From: Clostridia bacterium
Lineage (GTDB): Bacteria > Bacillota > Clostridia > Lachnospirales > CAG-274
Length of the DNA stretch: 64,000 nt
Direction of reading: 5' to 3'
Assembly (NCBI GenBank): GCA_030524425.1
Contig: JAUNGN010000011.1
Span: 1,321 to 65,320, forward strand
Made by a program: the position numbers and the translations under genes. The notes under the pieces were generated by a model, which saw only the letters and a program-made list of their open reading frames with translations, searched no databases and was not told the DNA's origin. This document shows positions 46,424 through 56,630 of this stretch, one piece after another (position 1 is the stretch's first letter; each line of letters begins with the position of its first letter).

Positions 46424-46978
46424 ATGAGAGTAATATCAGGCTCAGCCCGGGGTCATAAACTTAAGGCTCCCGAAGGTTTTAATACCCGTCCGACAACAGA
46501 CAGAATAAAAGAATCTCTTTTTAATATAATTGCTGCGGATTTGTATGAATGCAGATTTCTTGATTTATTCAGCGGCAGCGGAGCAATGGGCATTGAGGCG
46601 CTTTCAAGAGGTGCGGCTAAAGCCGTATTTGTTGACAGGGACAGAAGCAGTGCTGCCGTTATTAAGGAGAATCTGAGGGCTACAAGACTTGAAAACAGGG
46701 CTCAGGTTATGAACTGCGACATAGCTGCTGCCATATCAAGGCTTGGGAGCTTGTCTGAAAGGTTTGATATTATATTTATGGACCCGCCTTATAATAAGGG
46801 GTTTGTGGAAAATACCCTTACATATATTGTTAAGGAAAATATACTTGCCGGTGACGGCTATATAATAGCAGAACAGTCACAGGATGATAAATTACCTGAT
46901 ATTCAGGGACTTGATATTTTCAGAGTCAAGGACTATAAAATAACTAAAATGACTTTTTTGACTTTAACAGAAGTGTAA
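46424..46978 (+). CDS. rsmD: 16S rRNA (guanine966-N2)-methyltransferase RsmD
   Basis: Begins MRVISGSARGHKLKAPEGFNTRPTTDRIKESLFN and contains DLFSGSGAMGIEALSRGA and DPPY. Confidence 0.93.
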   Translation: MRVISGSARGHKLKAPEGFNTRPTTDRIKESLFNIIAADLYECRFLDLFSGSGAMGIEALSRGAAKAVFVDRDRSSAAVIKENLRATRLENRAQVMNCDIAAAISRLGSLSERFDIIFMDPPYNKGFVENTLTYIVKENILAGDGYIIAEQSQDDKLPDIQGLDIFRVKDYKITKMTFLTLTEV

Positions 46979-47000
46979 AAAAGTAATTGGGGGATTAAAT

Positions 47001-47486
47001 ATGCATATTGCTGTATATCCTGGCAGTTTTGATCCAACTACAAATGGTCATTTGGATATAATTACAAGGGCATCTAAGCTTTGTGACAGGCTTATTGTTG
47101 CCGTGCTTGAAAATCCATCTAAAAAGCCTATGTTTACAGTTGAAGAAAGAGTGAATCATTTAAAAATTATTCTTAAGGAATTTCCTAATGTGGAAGTTAA
47201 GTCTTTTTCAGGTCTTTTGGTGGATTTTGTAAGAAGTGTCGGTGCTAATATTGTGATTAGAGGACTGAGAGGAGTAACTGACTTTTCATATGAATTTCAG
47301 ATGGCTCTTACTAATCGTTCGCTGGCTAATGAAATAGAAACACTTTTTATATCAGCGGATACACAATATCTTTTCTTCAGCTCCAGTCAGGTTAAGGAAA
47401 TTGCGCTTTTTGATGGGAATATTGATAATATGGTTCCGCAAATTATTAAAGATGAAATAAATAAAAAATTAAAAAATAACAAGTGA
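47001..47486 (+). CDS. coaD: Phosphopantetheine adenylyltransferase
   Basis: Begins MHIAVYPGSFDPTTNGHLDII and contains RGLRGVTDFSYEFQMA. Confidence 0.95.
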   Translation: MHIAVYPGSFDPTTNGHLDIITRASKLCDRLIVAVLENPSKKPMFTVEERVNHLKIILKEFPNVEVKSFSGLLVDFVRSVGANIVIRGLRGVTDFSYEFQMALTNRSLANEIETLFISADTQYLFFSSSQVKEIALFDGNIDNMVPQIIKDEINKKLKNNK

Positions 47487-47509
47487 TATTAGTTTTAGGA
47501 GGAATAAAA

Positions 47510-48055
47510 ATGGAATCTTCAGTTTATACATTATTGGACAGTCTTGAGGATGTAATAGAAAAGGCAAAGCAGGCACCTCTGTCTTCAAATGTAAAGGTGT
47601 CAAGAGAAGAAATATTTGAAATTATTGAGGGTATTCGTCTTGCTTTACCTCAGGAAATAAAGCAGGCACAGAGAATTGTGCATAATAGTGAATCTATTAT
47701 TGATAATGCTCATGCAAGTGCCAATGGTATTATTAACGCAGCTAATGAGACTGCTGAAAAGATGACCATGGAGCATGAAATTACAAAAAGAGCACAGGAA
47801 GAGGCTGAAGCAATTATTAATGATGCCAGAAATAAGGCTGAAGATATGCGTTTAGGCGCAATTGAGTATGCTGATCAGATGCTGGAAAATACAGAAAATC
47901 AAATTAAAGCGGTTTTAGATAATTTTAGTAAGAGAGCTAACAATGTTATGGACTTTCTTTCTAAGGAAACAGACGCTATTTACAGTGAGAGAGGTGCATT
48001 AAGAGAGCTTGCTGAACAGGTGCCTTCTCTTACTCTTACGGATTCTCAGAACTAA
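47510..48055 (+). CDS. Hypothetical alpha-helical/coiled-coil protein
   Basis: 182 aa. ATG 47510 follows AGGAGG. Helical and Ala/Glu/Asn-rich, with no catalytic motif recognised. Confidence 0.6.
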   Translation: MESSVYTLLDSLEDVIEKAKQAPLSSNVKVSREEIFEIIEGIRLALPQEIKQAQRIVHNSESIIDNAHASANGIINAANETAEKMTMEHEITKRAQEEAEAIINDARNKAEDMRLGAIEYADQMLENTENQIKAVLDNFSKRANNVMDFLSKETDAIYSERGALRELAEQVPSLTLTDSQN

Positions 48056-48105
48056 ATACTTGTGTGACTTGTTTTATAGGGGTGCCGATGTAGATTTTTA
48101 TGCTT

Positions 48106-49056
48106 TTATCGACACCCTTGTTGTGTGTATAACGGATAAAGTAAAAAACATATTATAAAGGCTAATATACCCTGTATAAACTTTGAAAATACATATTTAA
48201 CAGATGACAGGTCTGTTGATGAGATATATCCTATGCTTTGTGAGTGTATGGAAAGTCCGCCAAAGGCTATTATAGCGCTTATAATGCTTAGTGAAAGTCT
48301 GCTTATTTCAGTTAATTCCTTGCAGCCGTTTGTTATTTCCAGTATTCCGAATATAATTGCTTTGAGGAAGATGTTTAAATTGAATTGTGCCAAAACGGAC
48401 TGTAATATTGTACATATTATTGAAAAAAATATTATATAGCCCCCTACAAGAACTATTGCTTCTATTCCGTTATATATGCTGTTTTTTAATTCCTTTCCTA
48501 TGTTTAAGCTGTTGGTTTGGCTCAGACCGGTTATTTTTCCTTTTGGCTTAGGTAGTAATATTCCTATTGACAGTGCTGATATGTAGTGTATTATTAACAA
48601 AAAAAATCCGGCAGTATTGCTTTTCAGAAGGCCTGTACCTACAGTACCTGCAATAAAAAGAGGTCCTGAATTGTTTGTAAATGATAAAAGATACTGTGCT
48701 TCTCCTTTTGTCAGCTTTTTTTCGGAATACAATTCGCTTACAAGCTTTGCACCTAAGGGATAGCCTGAAAGCATACCGCTTACTATTGCAAATATACCAA
48801 AGCTGCTTACACCGAAAATCCTGTTTGTAACGGGTCCCAAAAGCCTTGAAAGCAGTGAGGGGAAAGGTGTGGCCTTTAATAAATTAATACTTATCATAAA
48901 GGGCAGTAATGCCGGAAGAACAAAATTAAACCACAGTATGAGTCCGTTTTTGACGGAATTCATAATTTCTTTTGGAAAGATTAGTATTATTAGATTGAAA
49001 ATTACTACAAAAATTGTTATAATGTAAATATGTATGTTCTTTTTTATTTTGGACAC
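48106..49056 (-). CDS. ylbJ: Sporulation integral membrane protein YlbJ (nucleoside-recognition-domain family)
   Basis: Polytopic membrane protein of 316 aa carrying NGLILWFNFVLPALLPFMI. Its position next to rsmD-coaD matches B. subtilis ylbH-ylbI-ylbJ. Confidence 0.8.
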   Translation of the reverse strand: MSKIKKNIHIYIITIFVVIFNLIILIFPKEIMNSVKNGLILWFNFVLPALLPFMISINLLKATPFPSLLSRLLGPVTNRIFGVSSFGIFAIVSGMLSGYPLGAKLVSELYSEKKLTKGEAQYLLSFTNNSGPLFIAGTVGTGLLKSNTAGFFLLIIHYISALSIGILLPKPKGKITGLSQTNSLNIGKELKNSIYNGIEAIVLVGGYIIFFSIICTILQSVLAQFNLNIFLKAIIFGILEITNGCKELTEISRLSLSIISAIIAFGGLSIHSQSIGYISSTDLSSVKYVFSKFIQGILAFIICFLLYPLYTQQGCR

Positions 49057-49165
49057 CTCCCGTAAATACTATAGTTTAAGTATATGAGGTAAATTTAAAA
49101 TTATGAATATACTTAAGGAAACAATTATTATGCAGTGTTTTCTTAAAAAATAAGGAGGCGTAATT

Positions 49166-51139
49166 GTGGTTGGTAATAATGGCTCTAAAAGTAACAAAAA
49201 AAAGAGCAGTACAGTAAATTCCTTTAAAACTAAAAATTCTTCAAATACTAAGCACAATGAGAAAAGAGGCTATAATAAAAGCAGTTCTGTCAGTGCCAGA
49301 CGTCCATTGCCTGAGCTTCCCAAGAGAGAAAACAACAGAAGTTACGGTAATTACGGCACAGGCTATACATCCTCTGAAGGCAGATACAGAAGTCCCTTTA
49401 GCTATTATGGCATGGAAAACAGCAGGAAAACCGAGACCGGAGGAGAAAGAAAGCAAATTTCCGGCAGAAACAGCATAAGTAACAGATATACATCAAATTA
49501 CAGAGCTGATATCTATCAGGAAAATTACAGAAGCAGTGAGCAGGCCAATAAAGCTTCAAGAAAAAGCAGTACCAAAAAAAGTTTAGGTGCCGCAGGTGCT
49601 TTGGGCATTGTAATCGGCAGTGTATCACAGATTGTTAAAGGCAGTAAGAGGAGTAACTCCAGAATTGTAAATAATAAAACTATATCTGCTAAAAGGAACA
49701 GTGTTGCTTTGCCTATATTTATATTTTTTATTTTTATGTGTTTTATATATATTATAGGCTCATCCGTTAATTTTCTGACAAAGAAGATTGTAAGCTACGA
49801 TGTGCTTTCATACGGAACAATTGATACACCTAAGTCAGCCAATGCTGTTATTGTAAGAAGCGAAAAGGTTTACAATACTGATAAAGCAGGTGTTATATCA
49901 TATGATGTTGCAGATAACGAAAAAGTAAAAAAGGGCACCGTTGTGTGCAGTATTAAGGATGAGGCTGTTGTGGCACAGATGCAGGCAAGCCTTGACGATA
50001 TAAATGAACAGATAATGAAGATACAGTCGGAGCGTAAGGATATATCTGTGTATTCTGAGGACATTAAAAAGTATAATGCTCAGATGAAAGAGGAAATTGA
50101 CGAAAGTGCTCTTGACTATGCATATATGAAACTTGGTAACATTTACGAACTTGAAAATACTATTCAAAAGTATCTTGATACCAGAAATCAGTATTTACTT
50201 ACTGAAAACAGCGGTGTATTAAGTGATCTTGTTTCTCAGAAAAAGGAGCAGGAAAGTAAGCTTAATGAAAACATCAGTAATTTGACTGCTGATGAAAGCG
50301 GTATTGTATGTTATTATATAGACGGACTTGAGGAAGAACTTACACCTGAAAATATGGCGTCTGTCACAAAGAATACAATATCAGATACAGTGCGGGCTGA
50401 AAGCAGTTTTAAAAGCAGTGTAAAAGCAAATTCCCCTGCCTTTAAACTTGTTACATCAAATATATGGTATATTGTATCCTATATTAAAAATGACTATATT
50501 GATGGCTGGGAGAAGGGTGATACCCGTTCAATATACATTAAGGATAATGAGGGTAAAGAGCATAAACTTGAAGCCTACATAGAAGAAATGACATCAAATT
50601 CCGGCTCTGATGAAAAGTTTGTAATATTCAAGCTAACAAGAGATATTACGGATTTTATAAATGTAAGAAATATAACTATTGAAACAGAAAGCTCAGAAAG
50701 AGGCTTTAAGATTCCCAATGATGCTATTGTTGAAGAAACTCTTATGAAGATACCTTCAGCCTTTGTAGATTCTGACGGAAATGTAACAAAGCTTGAAAAT
50801 GGAAGTCCTAAAAAGGTTTCTGTTAATATTTCGGGTAAGGATCCTGATGATGCAAATTATTGTTATACCCCTGTGCAGATGGGTGTTATAAATGTAGGTG
50901 ATACAATTAAGGCTGCTGACAGTGAGGAAACATTTGTTATAGCTGATGTTCTTAATACCAAGGGTATTTATGTTGTGAATACCGGTATTGCAGAGTTTAA
51001 GACAATTAACCTTACAAACTCTGTGTCAAACAGTACACATACTATTCTTGATCCAAGCTATAATACAAATATTTATGTGTATGACAGAATTATGACTGAT
51101 CCGAGAAATGTTGAAAAACAGGAAATGGTCTATGAATAG
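49166..51139 (+). CDS. Bitopic membrane protein: disordered basic cytoplasmic N-region plus a large extracytoplasmic domain (possibly HlyD/membrane-fusion-like)
   Basis: GTG 49166 follows AAGGAGG. About 190 aa are S/N/R/K/Y-rich and low-complexity, followed by one TM (LPIFIFFIFMCFIYIIG). A ~440-aa domain with a central coiled-coil-like stretch follows. The family call rests only on my recollection of annotations. Confidence 0.55.
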   Translation: MVGNNGSKSNKKKSSTVNSFKTKNSSNTKHNEKRGYNKSSSVSARRPLPELPKRENNRSYGNYGTGYTSSEGRYRSPFSYYGMENSRKTETGGERKQISGRNSISNRYTSNYRADIYQENYRSSEQANKASRKSSTKKSLGAAGALGIVIGSVSQIVKGSKRSNSRIVNNKTISAKRNSVALPIFIFFIFMCFIYIIGSSVNFLTKKIVSYDVLSYGTIDTPKSANAVIVRSEKVYNTDKAGVISYDVADNEKVKKGTVVCSIKDEAVVAQMQASLDDINEQIMKIQSERKDISVYSEDIKKYNAQMKEEIDESALDYAYMKLGNIYELENTIQKYLDTRNQYLLTENSGVLSDLVSQKKEQESKLNENISNLTADESGIVCYYIDGLEEELTPENMASVTKNTISDTVRAESSFKSSVKANSPAFKLVTSNIWYIVSYIKNDYIDGWEKGDTRSIYIKDNEGKEHKLEAYIEEMTSNSGSDEKFVIFKLTRDITDFINVRNITIETESSERGFKIPNDAIVEETLMKIPSAFVDSDGNVTKLENGSPKKVSVNISGKDPDDANYCYTPVQMGVINVGDTIKAADSEETFVIADVLNTKGIYVVNTGIAEFKTINLTNSVSNSTHTILDPSYNTNIYVYDRIMTDPRNVEKQEMVYE

Positions 51140-51150
51140 AGGTAATGTAA

Positions 51151-51846
51151 ATGAGTATTAAAGAAAATTTAGAGCATATTAATGCCAAAATTGCTGAAGC
51201 CGCAAAAAAAAGCGGAAGAAAAAGAGAGGATATTCTTCTTCTGGCAGTCAGCAAGACTGTAGAAGTGCCAAGAATTAAGGAGGCAGTTGATTTAGGTCTT
51301 TTGGATTTAGGCGAAAATAAACCTCAGGAAATTAATTGGAAGTATTTTGAAATTGAAAATGTAAGGTGGCATCAGATTGGTCATTTACAGACAAACAAAG
51401 TTAAGTATATAATTGATAAGGTTTGTCTTATCCATTCGGTTGAAAGCCTTAAGCTTGCTGAAGAAATCAGTAAAAGAGCTAAAGCTAAAGATATTACCAT
51501 GGATATACTTATTGAGATTAATATTGCAGGAGAGGAAGCAAAGCATGGCGTTCCTTTAGGGGAAGCTGAGGCACTGGCTGTTGAAATAAGCAAACTTGAC
51601 AATATTAAAGTGAAGGGTCTGATGACAGTTGCGCCTTTTGTGGAGAATCCTGATGAAAACAGGCAGTATTTTGCACAAATGAGAAAATTATTTGTTGACA
51701 TTAGGGATAAAAACTATAATAATATAGATATGAAATATTTATCAATGGGTATGACAAATGATTATGAGGCGGCAATTGAGGAAGGTGCTAATATTGTAAG
51801 AATTGGCACAGGACTCTTTGGTGCAAGAAATTACACGAAAAATTAG
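51151..51846 (+). CDS. yggS: YggS/YlmE-family pyridoxal-phosphate homeostasis protein
   Basis: Contains LLAVSKT (PLP Lys), WHQIGHLQTNKVKY, LSMGMTNDY and IVRIGTGLFG. Confidence 0.93.
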   Translation: MSIKENLEHINAKIAEAAKKSGRKREDILLLAVSKTVEVPRIKEAVDLGLLDLGENKPQEINWKYFEIENVRWHQIGHLQTNKVKYIIDKVCLIHSVESLKLAEEISKRAKAKDITMDILIEINIAGEEAKHGVPLGEAEALAVEISKLDNIKVKGLMTVAPFVENPDENRQYFAQMRKLFVDIRDKNYNNIDMKYLSMGMTNDYEAAIEEGANIVRIGTGLFGARNYTKN

Positions 51847-51889
51847 AGAATATTTGTAAATATATAAGCTGTTAGGAGGAAATAATAAA

Positions 51890-52426
51890 ATGGCAGAGCT
51901 TTGGGAGAAAATAAAGACAATGGTAATGGGTACTGCAGATGAATATGATGAGTATGATGATGAATATGATGACTATGAGGACAGCAGGGCATCTAAACCA
52001 CGATTTGATTTTATGAAAAATTTCAGAAAATCAAATGATGTTGATGATGAAGAAGATGAAAGAGCATATCGCAGCAGTTTTACTTCCGGAAGAAGCAATA
52101 ATGTAATTGATATTAATGCTAAGGTCAAAATGAGTGTTGTAGTTGCCACACCACAGTCTATTGAGGCGGCAAGTGAGGTTACTCTTGAGCTTAGGAATAA
52201 GAAAACCGTTATTGTTAATCTTGAGGGTATGGAAAAGGATATTGCACAGAGAATTACTGATTTCTTAAGCGGTTCATGTTATGCCCTTGGGGGTTCAATT
52301 AAGCCTATTTCAAGCAGAATTTATATTATTGGACCTTATGATGTTGATATTACAGGCGAATTTAAAGAGGAGCTTGCTGCAAGCGGTATTAAACTTCCCA
52401 ACTCTGTTTTGCGCAAGCGTTATTAA
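51890..52426 (+). CDS. sepF: Cell division protein SepF
   Basis: Acidic disordered N-region, then the conserved C-domain VVVATPQSIEAASEVTLELRNKKTVIVNLEGM...ITDFLSGSCYALGGSI. Confidence 0.92.
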   Translation: MAELWEKIKTMVMGTADEYDEYDDEYDDYEDSRASKPRFDFMKNFRKSNDVDDEEDERAYRSSFTSGRSNNVIDINAKVKMSVVVATPQSIEAASEVTLELRNKKTVIVNLEGMEKDIAQRITDFLSGSCYALGGSIKPISSRIYIIGPYDVDITGEFKEELAASGIKLPNSVLRKRY

Positions 52427-52446
52427 TAGTATAGAGGAGAGAGAGT

Positions 52447-52734
52447 ATGAATATAGCTGATATTTTAGTTAGTGCTTTGAGTATTTTTTATCAGTTGTTG
52501 ACTTTTGCAATACTTATAAGATGTATTATTTCATGGCTGCCTTTAGACAGAAACAATTTTATTATAAGGGTTGTATATGCTTTAACTGAGCCTATTTTGG
52601 GGCCTGTAAGAAGATTAATTGAAAAATCACCTTTAGGCGGAGGTATGATAATTGATTTTTCTCCTGTTATTGCATATTTTATTTTGTATTTTATATATAC
52701 AATTCTTATTAAAATTATATACAGTATTTTTTGA
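52447..52734 (+). CDS. yggT: YggT/YlmG-family membrane protein
   Basis: 95 aa with two TMs and ILIRCIISWLP...LTEPILGPVRR. Confidence 0.9.
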   Translation: MNIADILVSALSIFYQLLTFAILIRCIISWLPLDRNNFIIRVVYALTEPILGPVRRLIEKSPLGGGMIIDFSPVIAYFILYFIYTILIKIIYSIF

Positions 52735-52736
52735 TT

Positions 52737-53516
52737 ATGAATAGAAAAGATATTTTAAAAAGTATAAGCGACGCCGATGAAAGGCTTGCTGCAGCTAAGG
52801 CAATTGATAAGCTTGAGCTTGCAAAAAAAACTTATACACCTGAGTTTACAGGTTTTATGGATCCATACAAGGCATATGCAATTAAGGATATGCTTTTAAA
52901 TAATGACTGTCAGATTATGATATATGGCGGTTTTGAGGAAAGTGAAAGGGTAAAGGTTGGTTTTTTTCCTGATTTTACAAAGCCTGATGCAGATGAGTTT
53001 CCAATTAAGCCTGTTGAAATCAGCTACAATTTGCAATACAGCAGAGCTTTATCTCACAGGGATTTTTTAGGCTCAATATTGGGTCTTGGTATTACAAGGG
53101 AAAAAACAGGCGATATAATTATTGAAAACAGCAGGGCAGTTGCTTTTGTTGACAGTGATATTGCAGATTATGTTGTTGTTAATCTTGAAAGAGCAGGCCA
53201 TACAAAGGTGAGGGTTAAACTGCTTGAGAATTTTAAGCCTGGACAGAAGGAAGTACAGGATAAAAGACTTACTGTTGCAAGTTTAAGAATAGATGCTTTG
53301 TTAAGCGGTGCACTTAATATTTCAAGGAATAAGACTTCTGAGTTAATTAAGGGTGAAAAAGCTTTTGTAAATTGGAAAAAGATAACTTCTGTTTCTCACA
53401 TTATTAAAGAAAATGATGTTATCACCCTTAGAGGAGTGGGACGAGTTATAATTAATGAAATAATAGGAACTACAAAAAAAGACAGAATTCTTATAAATGT
53501 ATCTGTTTTTAAATAG
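52737..53516 (+). CDS. ylmH: YlmH-type S4-domain RNA-binding protein
   Basis: Contains FTGFMDPY...LSHRDFLGSILGLGITREKTGDI... and a C-terminal S4 region RIDALLSGALNISRNK. ATG 52737; the ORF track begins at TTG 52731. Confidence 0.88.
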   Translation: MNRKDILKSISDADERLAAAKAIDKLELAKKTYTPEFTGFMDPYKAYAIKDMLLNNDCQIMIYGGFEESERVKVGFFPDFTKPDADEFPIKPVEISYNLQYSRALSHRDFLGSILGLGITREKTGDIIIENSRAVAFVDSDIADYVVVNLERAGHTKVRVKLLENFKPGQKEVQDKRLTVASLRIDALLSGALNISRNKTSELIKGEKAFVNWKKITSVSHIIKENDVITLRGVGRVIINEIIGTTKKDRILINVSVFK

Positions 53517-53544
53517 ATGTTACAAAACTAAAGGAGGTCGCATT

Positions 53545-54051
53545 ATGGCTGCATTAACACCTATGGACATTGAAACCGTTGAATTTAAAAAAACACCCTT
53601 TAAAGGTTATTCTGCTGAAGAGGTGGATTTGTTTTTAGATAAAATAATAATGGAGTTTGAAAGACTTTATAAGGATAATGCAAAGCTTCAGGACAAGCTT
53701 GATGCCGATGAGGAGGTTATTAAGCACTATAAAAACCTGGAGGAAACTATAAAAAGCTCAATTGTAAGGGCAGAAAAAACTGCCGAGGAAACTGTTAAAA
53801 ATGCTAATACAAATGCACAGCTTGTAATCAGTAATGCACAGGAAAAGGCTGAACATCTTATTGATGATGCCTGCAATAAAGTTCAGATTATGCTTAGTGA
53901 AGGTAACGAAGAACTTGCCAGGATTAAGTTGCAGGTGGCAGATGCCAAGGCAGAATATGTTAAAGTTAAGAATTTATTGAAAAATATGCTTACAACTCAA
54001 ATGAATGTACTTGAAAGCAGTACAGAGGATTTTGAAGCTGAGGCTGAATAA
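53545..54051 (+). CDS. divIVA: Cell division protein DivIVA
   Basis: Begins MAALTPMDIETVEFKKTPFKGYSAEEVDLFLDKI, then a coiled coil. ATG 53545 follows AAGGAGG. Confidence 0.92.
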   Translation: MAALTPMDIETVEFKKTPFKGYSAEEVDLFLDKIIMEFERLYKDNAKLQDKLDADEEVIKHYKNLEETIKSSIVRAEKTAEETVKNANTNAQLVISNAQEKAEHLIDDACNKVQIMLSEGNEELARIKLQVADAKAEYVKVKNLLKNMLTTQMNVLESSTEDFEAEAE

Positions 54052-54064
54052 TATAGGTGGAAGT

Positions 54065-55147
54065 ATGAAAATTTTAAGTGTAGATACAGGTAAGACTGTG
54101 TATCCTATTTACATAGATAATAATTACAGTAATTTAATTGATGCTTTTGAAAAGGCAGGGCTTACAGGCAGAAGTGTCTGTATAATTACTGATACTAATA
54201 TTGAACCGTTATATATGGATAAAGTAACTTCTATTATGAACGGACATTTTTCTATGGTTTGTCATTATGCCTTTGAGGCAGGTGAGGACAGTAAAAATCT
54301 TAGTACAATTATGGATTTTTACAAATTCTTTATAGATAATCATTTGGACAGAAAATCTGTTCTTGTTGCATTAGGCGGCGGTGTAGTTGGTGATATGTGC
54401 GGCTTTGCAGCGGCAACATATATGAGGGGAATACCTTTTGTTCAGATGCCTACAACACTTTTGTCACAGGTAGACAGCAGTGTGGGAGGTAAGACAGGCG
54501 TTGACTTTATGGGTAATAAAAATATGGTTGGTGCTTTTTATCAGCCCGAATTTGTTTATATAAATACCGATACTCTTAATACCCTGCCTTACAGAGAAGT
54601 GGCGGCAGGCATTGCTGAGGCTGTGAAATACGGATATATTATTGACAGTGACTTTCTCGATTATTTTATTGATAATAAAGAAAAAATAAAGGCACTTGAT
54701 TCACAGGCAATTAATGATGTTATTTATTTTTCATGCAAGGCAAAGGCTGATGTAGTCAGTCAGGATGAAAAGGAAAACGGCTTAAGAGCTATACTTAACT
54801 TTGGGCATACCTTTGGTCATGCTGTTGAAACTCTTTCTGATTTTAAAATGCTCCATGGTGAGTGTGTTGGTATAGGTATGCTTTCCGGTCTTTATTTTTC
54901 TGTCAAAAGAGGACTTATAGATGAAGCTGAAATTGAAAAGTGTGAAAAGCTTTTAGAATTTTTTGAATTGCCTGTAAGAATAAAAAATTACAGCATAGCT
55001 GAAATACATAAGCAGATGTTTAATGATAAGAAAACCAATAACGGCGTTATAAACATTGTTGCTTTAGAGAAAATTGGCAAGGCTTATACAGATAAGACTG
55101 CTTTATCTGAGGAAATAGAAGAAGCTATTAAATATATAGTTGAATAA
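54065..55147 (+). CDS. aroB: 3-dehydroquinate synthase
   Basis: Contains LGGGVVGDMCGFAAATYMRGIPFVQMPTTLLSQVDSSVGGKTGV and FGHTFGHAVE. Confidence 0.94.
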   Translation: MKILSVDTGKTVYPIYIDNNYSNLIDAFEKAGLTGRSVCIITDTNIEPLYMDKVTSIMNGHFSMVCHYAFEAGEDSKNLSTIMDFYKFFIDNHLDRKSVLVALGGGVVGDMCGFAAATYMRGIPFVQMPTTLLSQVDSSVGGKTGVDFMGNKNMVGAFYQPEFVYINTDTLNTLPYREVAAGIAEAVKYGYIIDSDFLDYFIDNKEKIKALDSQAINDVIYFSCKAKADVVSQDEKENGLRAILNFGHTFGHAVETLSDFKMLHGECVGIGMLSGLYFSVKRGLIDEAEIEKCEKLLEFFELPVRIKNYSIAEIHKQMFNDKKTNNGVINIVALEKIGKAYTDKTALSEEIEEAIKYIVE

Positions 55148-55155
55148 ATTATTTT

Positions 55156-55180
55156 AACCCATTACATATTGTAATGGGTT
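55156..55180 (+). terminator. Perfect 11-bp hairpin after aroB (no U-tract; possible processing or attenuation site)
   Basis: AACCCATTACA-tat-TGTAATGGGTT. Confidence 0.4.
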
Positions 55181-55203
55181 ATGTTGAATATGGAGGATTT
55201 GTT

Positions 55204-55677
55204 ATGATTTTATTACCGTTAGTATTTTTTGCTCTATTAGTAGGCATTGACCAGGCTTCAAAGTATTTAACTCTGGAAGTATTAAAGCCCATAGGAAATG
55301 TAAATATTATTGAAAATTTTTTTAGTCTTACCTATGTTGAAAACAGAGGGGCCGCATTTGGAATTATGCAGGGCGGTAAATGGATTTTTATTATGCTTAC
55401 TGTGATTGTTTGTATTGCCTGCGTAATTTACTATTCAAAGCTTGCCAATGAAAACAGACTGAAGATTGTAAGAATTTCTATTGTTCTTATTTGTTCGGGA
55501 GCAGTTGGTAATATGATTGACAGACTTTTCAGAGGGTATGTAGTGGATATGCTTAATTTTTATATATTTGGATACGATTTTCCCATATTTAATTTTGCTG
55601 ATATCTGTGTTTGTGTCGGGGCCTTTCTTCTTATAACAGGTATTATGTTTTTTGACAGAAATCAGGAGGAAAAGTAA
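55204..55677 (+). CDS. lspA: Lipoprotein signal peptidase (signal peptidase II)
   Basis: Contains DQASKY, NRGAAFG and FNFADICVCVG. ATG 55204 follows GGAGGA. Confidence 0.93.
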   Translation: MILLPLVFFALLVGIDQASKYLTLEVLKPIGNVNIIENFFSLTYVENRGAAFGIMQGGKWIFIMLTVIVCIACVIYYSKLANENRLKIVRISIVLICSGAVGNMIDRLFRGYVVDMLNFYIFGYDFPIFNFADICVCVGAFLLITGIMFFDRNQEEK

Positions 55678-56591
55678 TGGATATTTATTTGGCAGAAGCT
55701 TCGGATGTAAACAAGAGAATTGACCATTATCTGAATGAAGAGCTTGAAGATTTATCTCGCTCTGCATTGCAAAAGTTAATTGATAATGGAAATATTACCG
55801 TAAACGGTAAGGCCGTCAATAAGAATTATAAATTGAGAAAAGGAGATACAATTGAGGCAGAAATACCTGAACCGGAGGGTATAAATATTGAGGCAGAGAA
55901 TATTCCTCTTGATATACTTTATGAAGACGGCGATTTAATTGTTGTAAATAAACCTCAGAATATGGTTGTGCACCCTGCTCCGGGGCATTACAGAGGTACA
56001 CTTGTTAATGCTCTTATGTATCATTGCGGTGATAATTTGTCAGGCATTAATGGTGTATTAAGACCGGGTATTGTGCATAGAATTGATAAGGACACAAGCG
56101 GTGTACTTGTTATTGCCAAGTCTGATTTGGCACATAGGGGCTTAAGTGAACAGCTTACTGAACATTCTATGAACAGAATTTACAATGCAATTGTTTATAA
56201 CGGTTTTGATGAGGACGAAGGTACTGTTAATACATTGATAGGCCGTTCTCAAAATGACAGAAAGAAAATGGCAGTGCTTAATTCAGGCGGAAGAAATGCA
56301 GTAACTCACTATAAGGTAATTGAGAGAATGGGGAAATTTACTCTTGTTGAGCTAAAGCTGGAAACAGGCAGAACTCATCAGATAAGGGTGCATATGGCAC
56401 ACATAGGTCATCCCCTTTTGGGTGACTCCGTATATGGGCCTAAAAAGCAGATATTTAATTTACAGGGACAGGTGTTGCATGCTAAGGTGTTAGGGTTTGT
56501 TCATCCAAGGAGTGGTGAATATATGGAATTTAGTACTGAATTGCCTGAGTATTTTAATAAACTGATTGGACTTCTTAAAAATAAGGGATGA
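55677..56591 (+). CDS. rluD: RluA-family 23S rRNA pseudouridine synthase (RluD-like)
   Basis: N-terminal S4 domain, catalytic HRIDKDTSGVLVIAK and GRTHQIRVHM. Confidence 0.92.
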   Translation: MDIYLAEASDVNKRIDHYLNEELEDLSRSALQKLIDNGNITVNGKAVNKNYKLRKGDTIEAEIPEPEGINIEAENIPLDILYEDGDLIVVNKPQNMVVHPAPGHYRGTLVNALMYHCGDNLSGINGVLRPGIVHRIDKDTSGVLVIAKSDLAHRGLSEQLTEHSMNRIYNAIVYNGFDEDEGTVNTLIGRSQNDRKKMAVLNSGGRNAVTHYKVIERMGKFTLVELKLETGRTHQIRVHMAHIGHPLLGDSVYGPKKQIFNLQGQVLHAKVLGFVHPRSGEYMEFSTELPEYFNKLIGLLKNKG

Positions 56592-56630
56592 ATTTGAGAT
56601 TTTATTGACATATTGAGAGAGGTATACTTT

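Noticed and set aside
49076-49116. A 10-bp inverted repeat TTAAGTATAT / ATATACTTAA in the ylbJ / 49166-gene divergent region, as a possible operator.
   Set aside because: It is a single AT-rich occurrence with a 21-nt loop, and I know no regulator motif it matches. Noted but not supportable.
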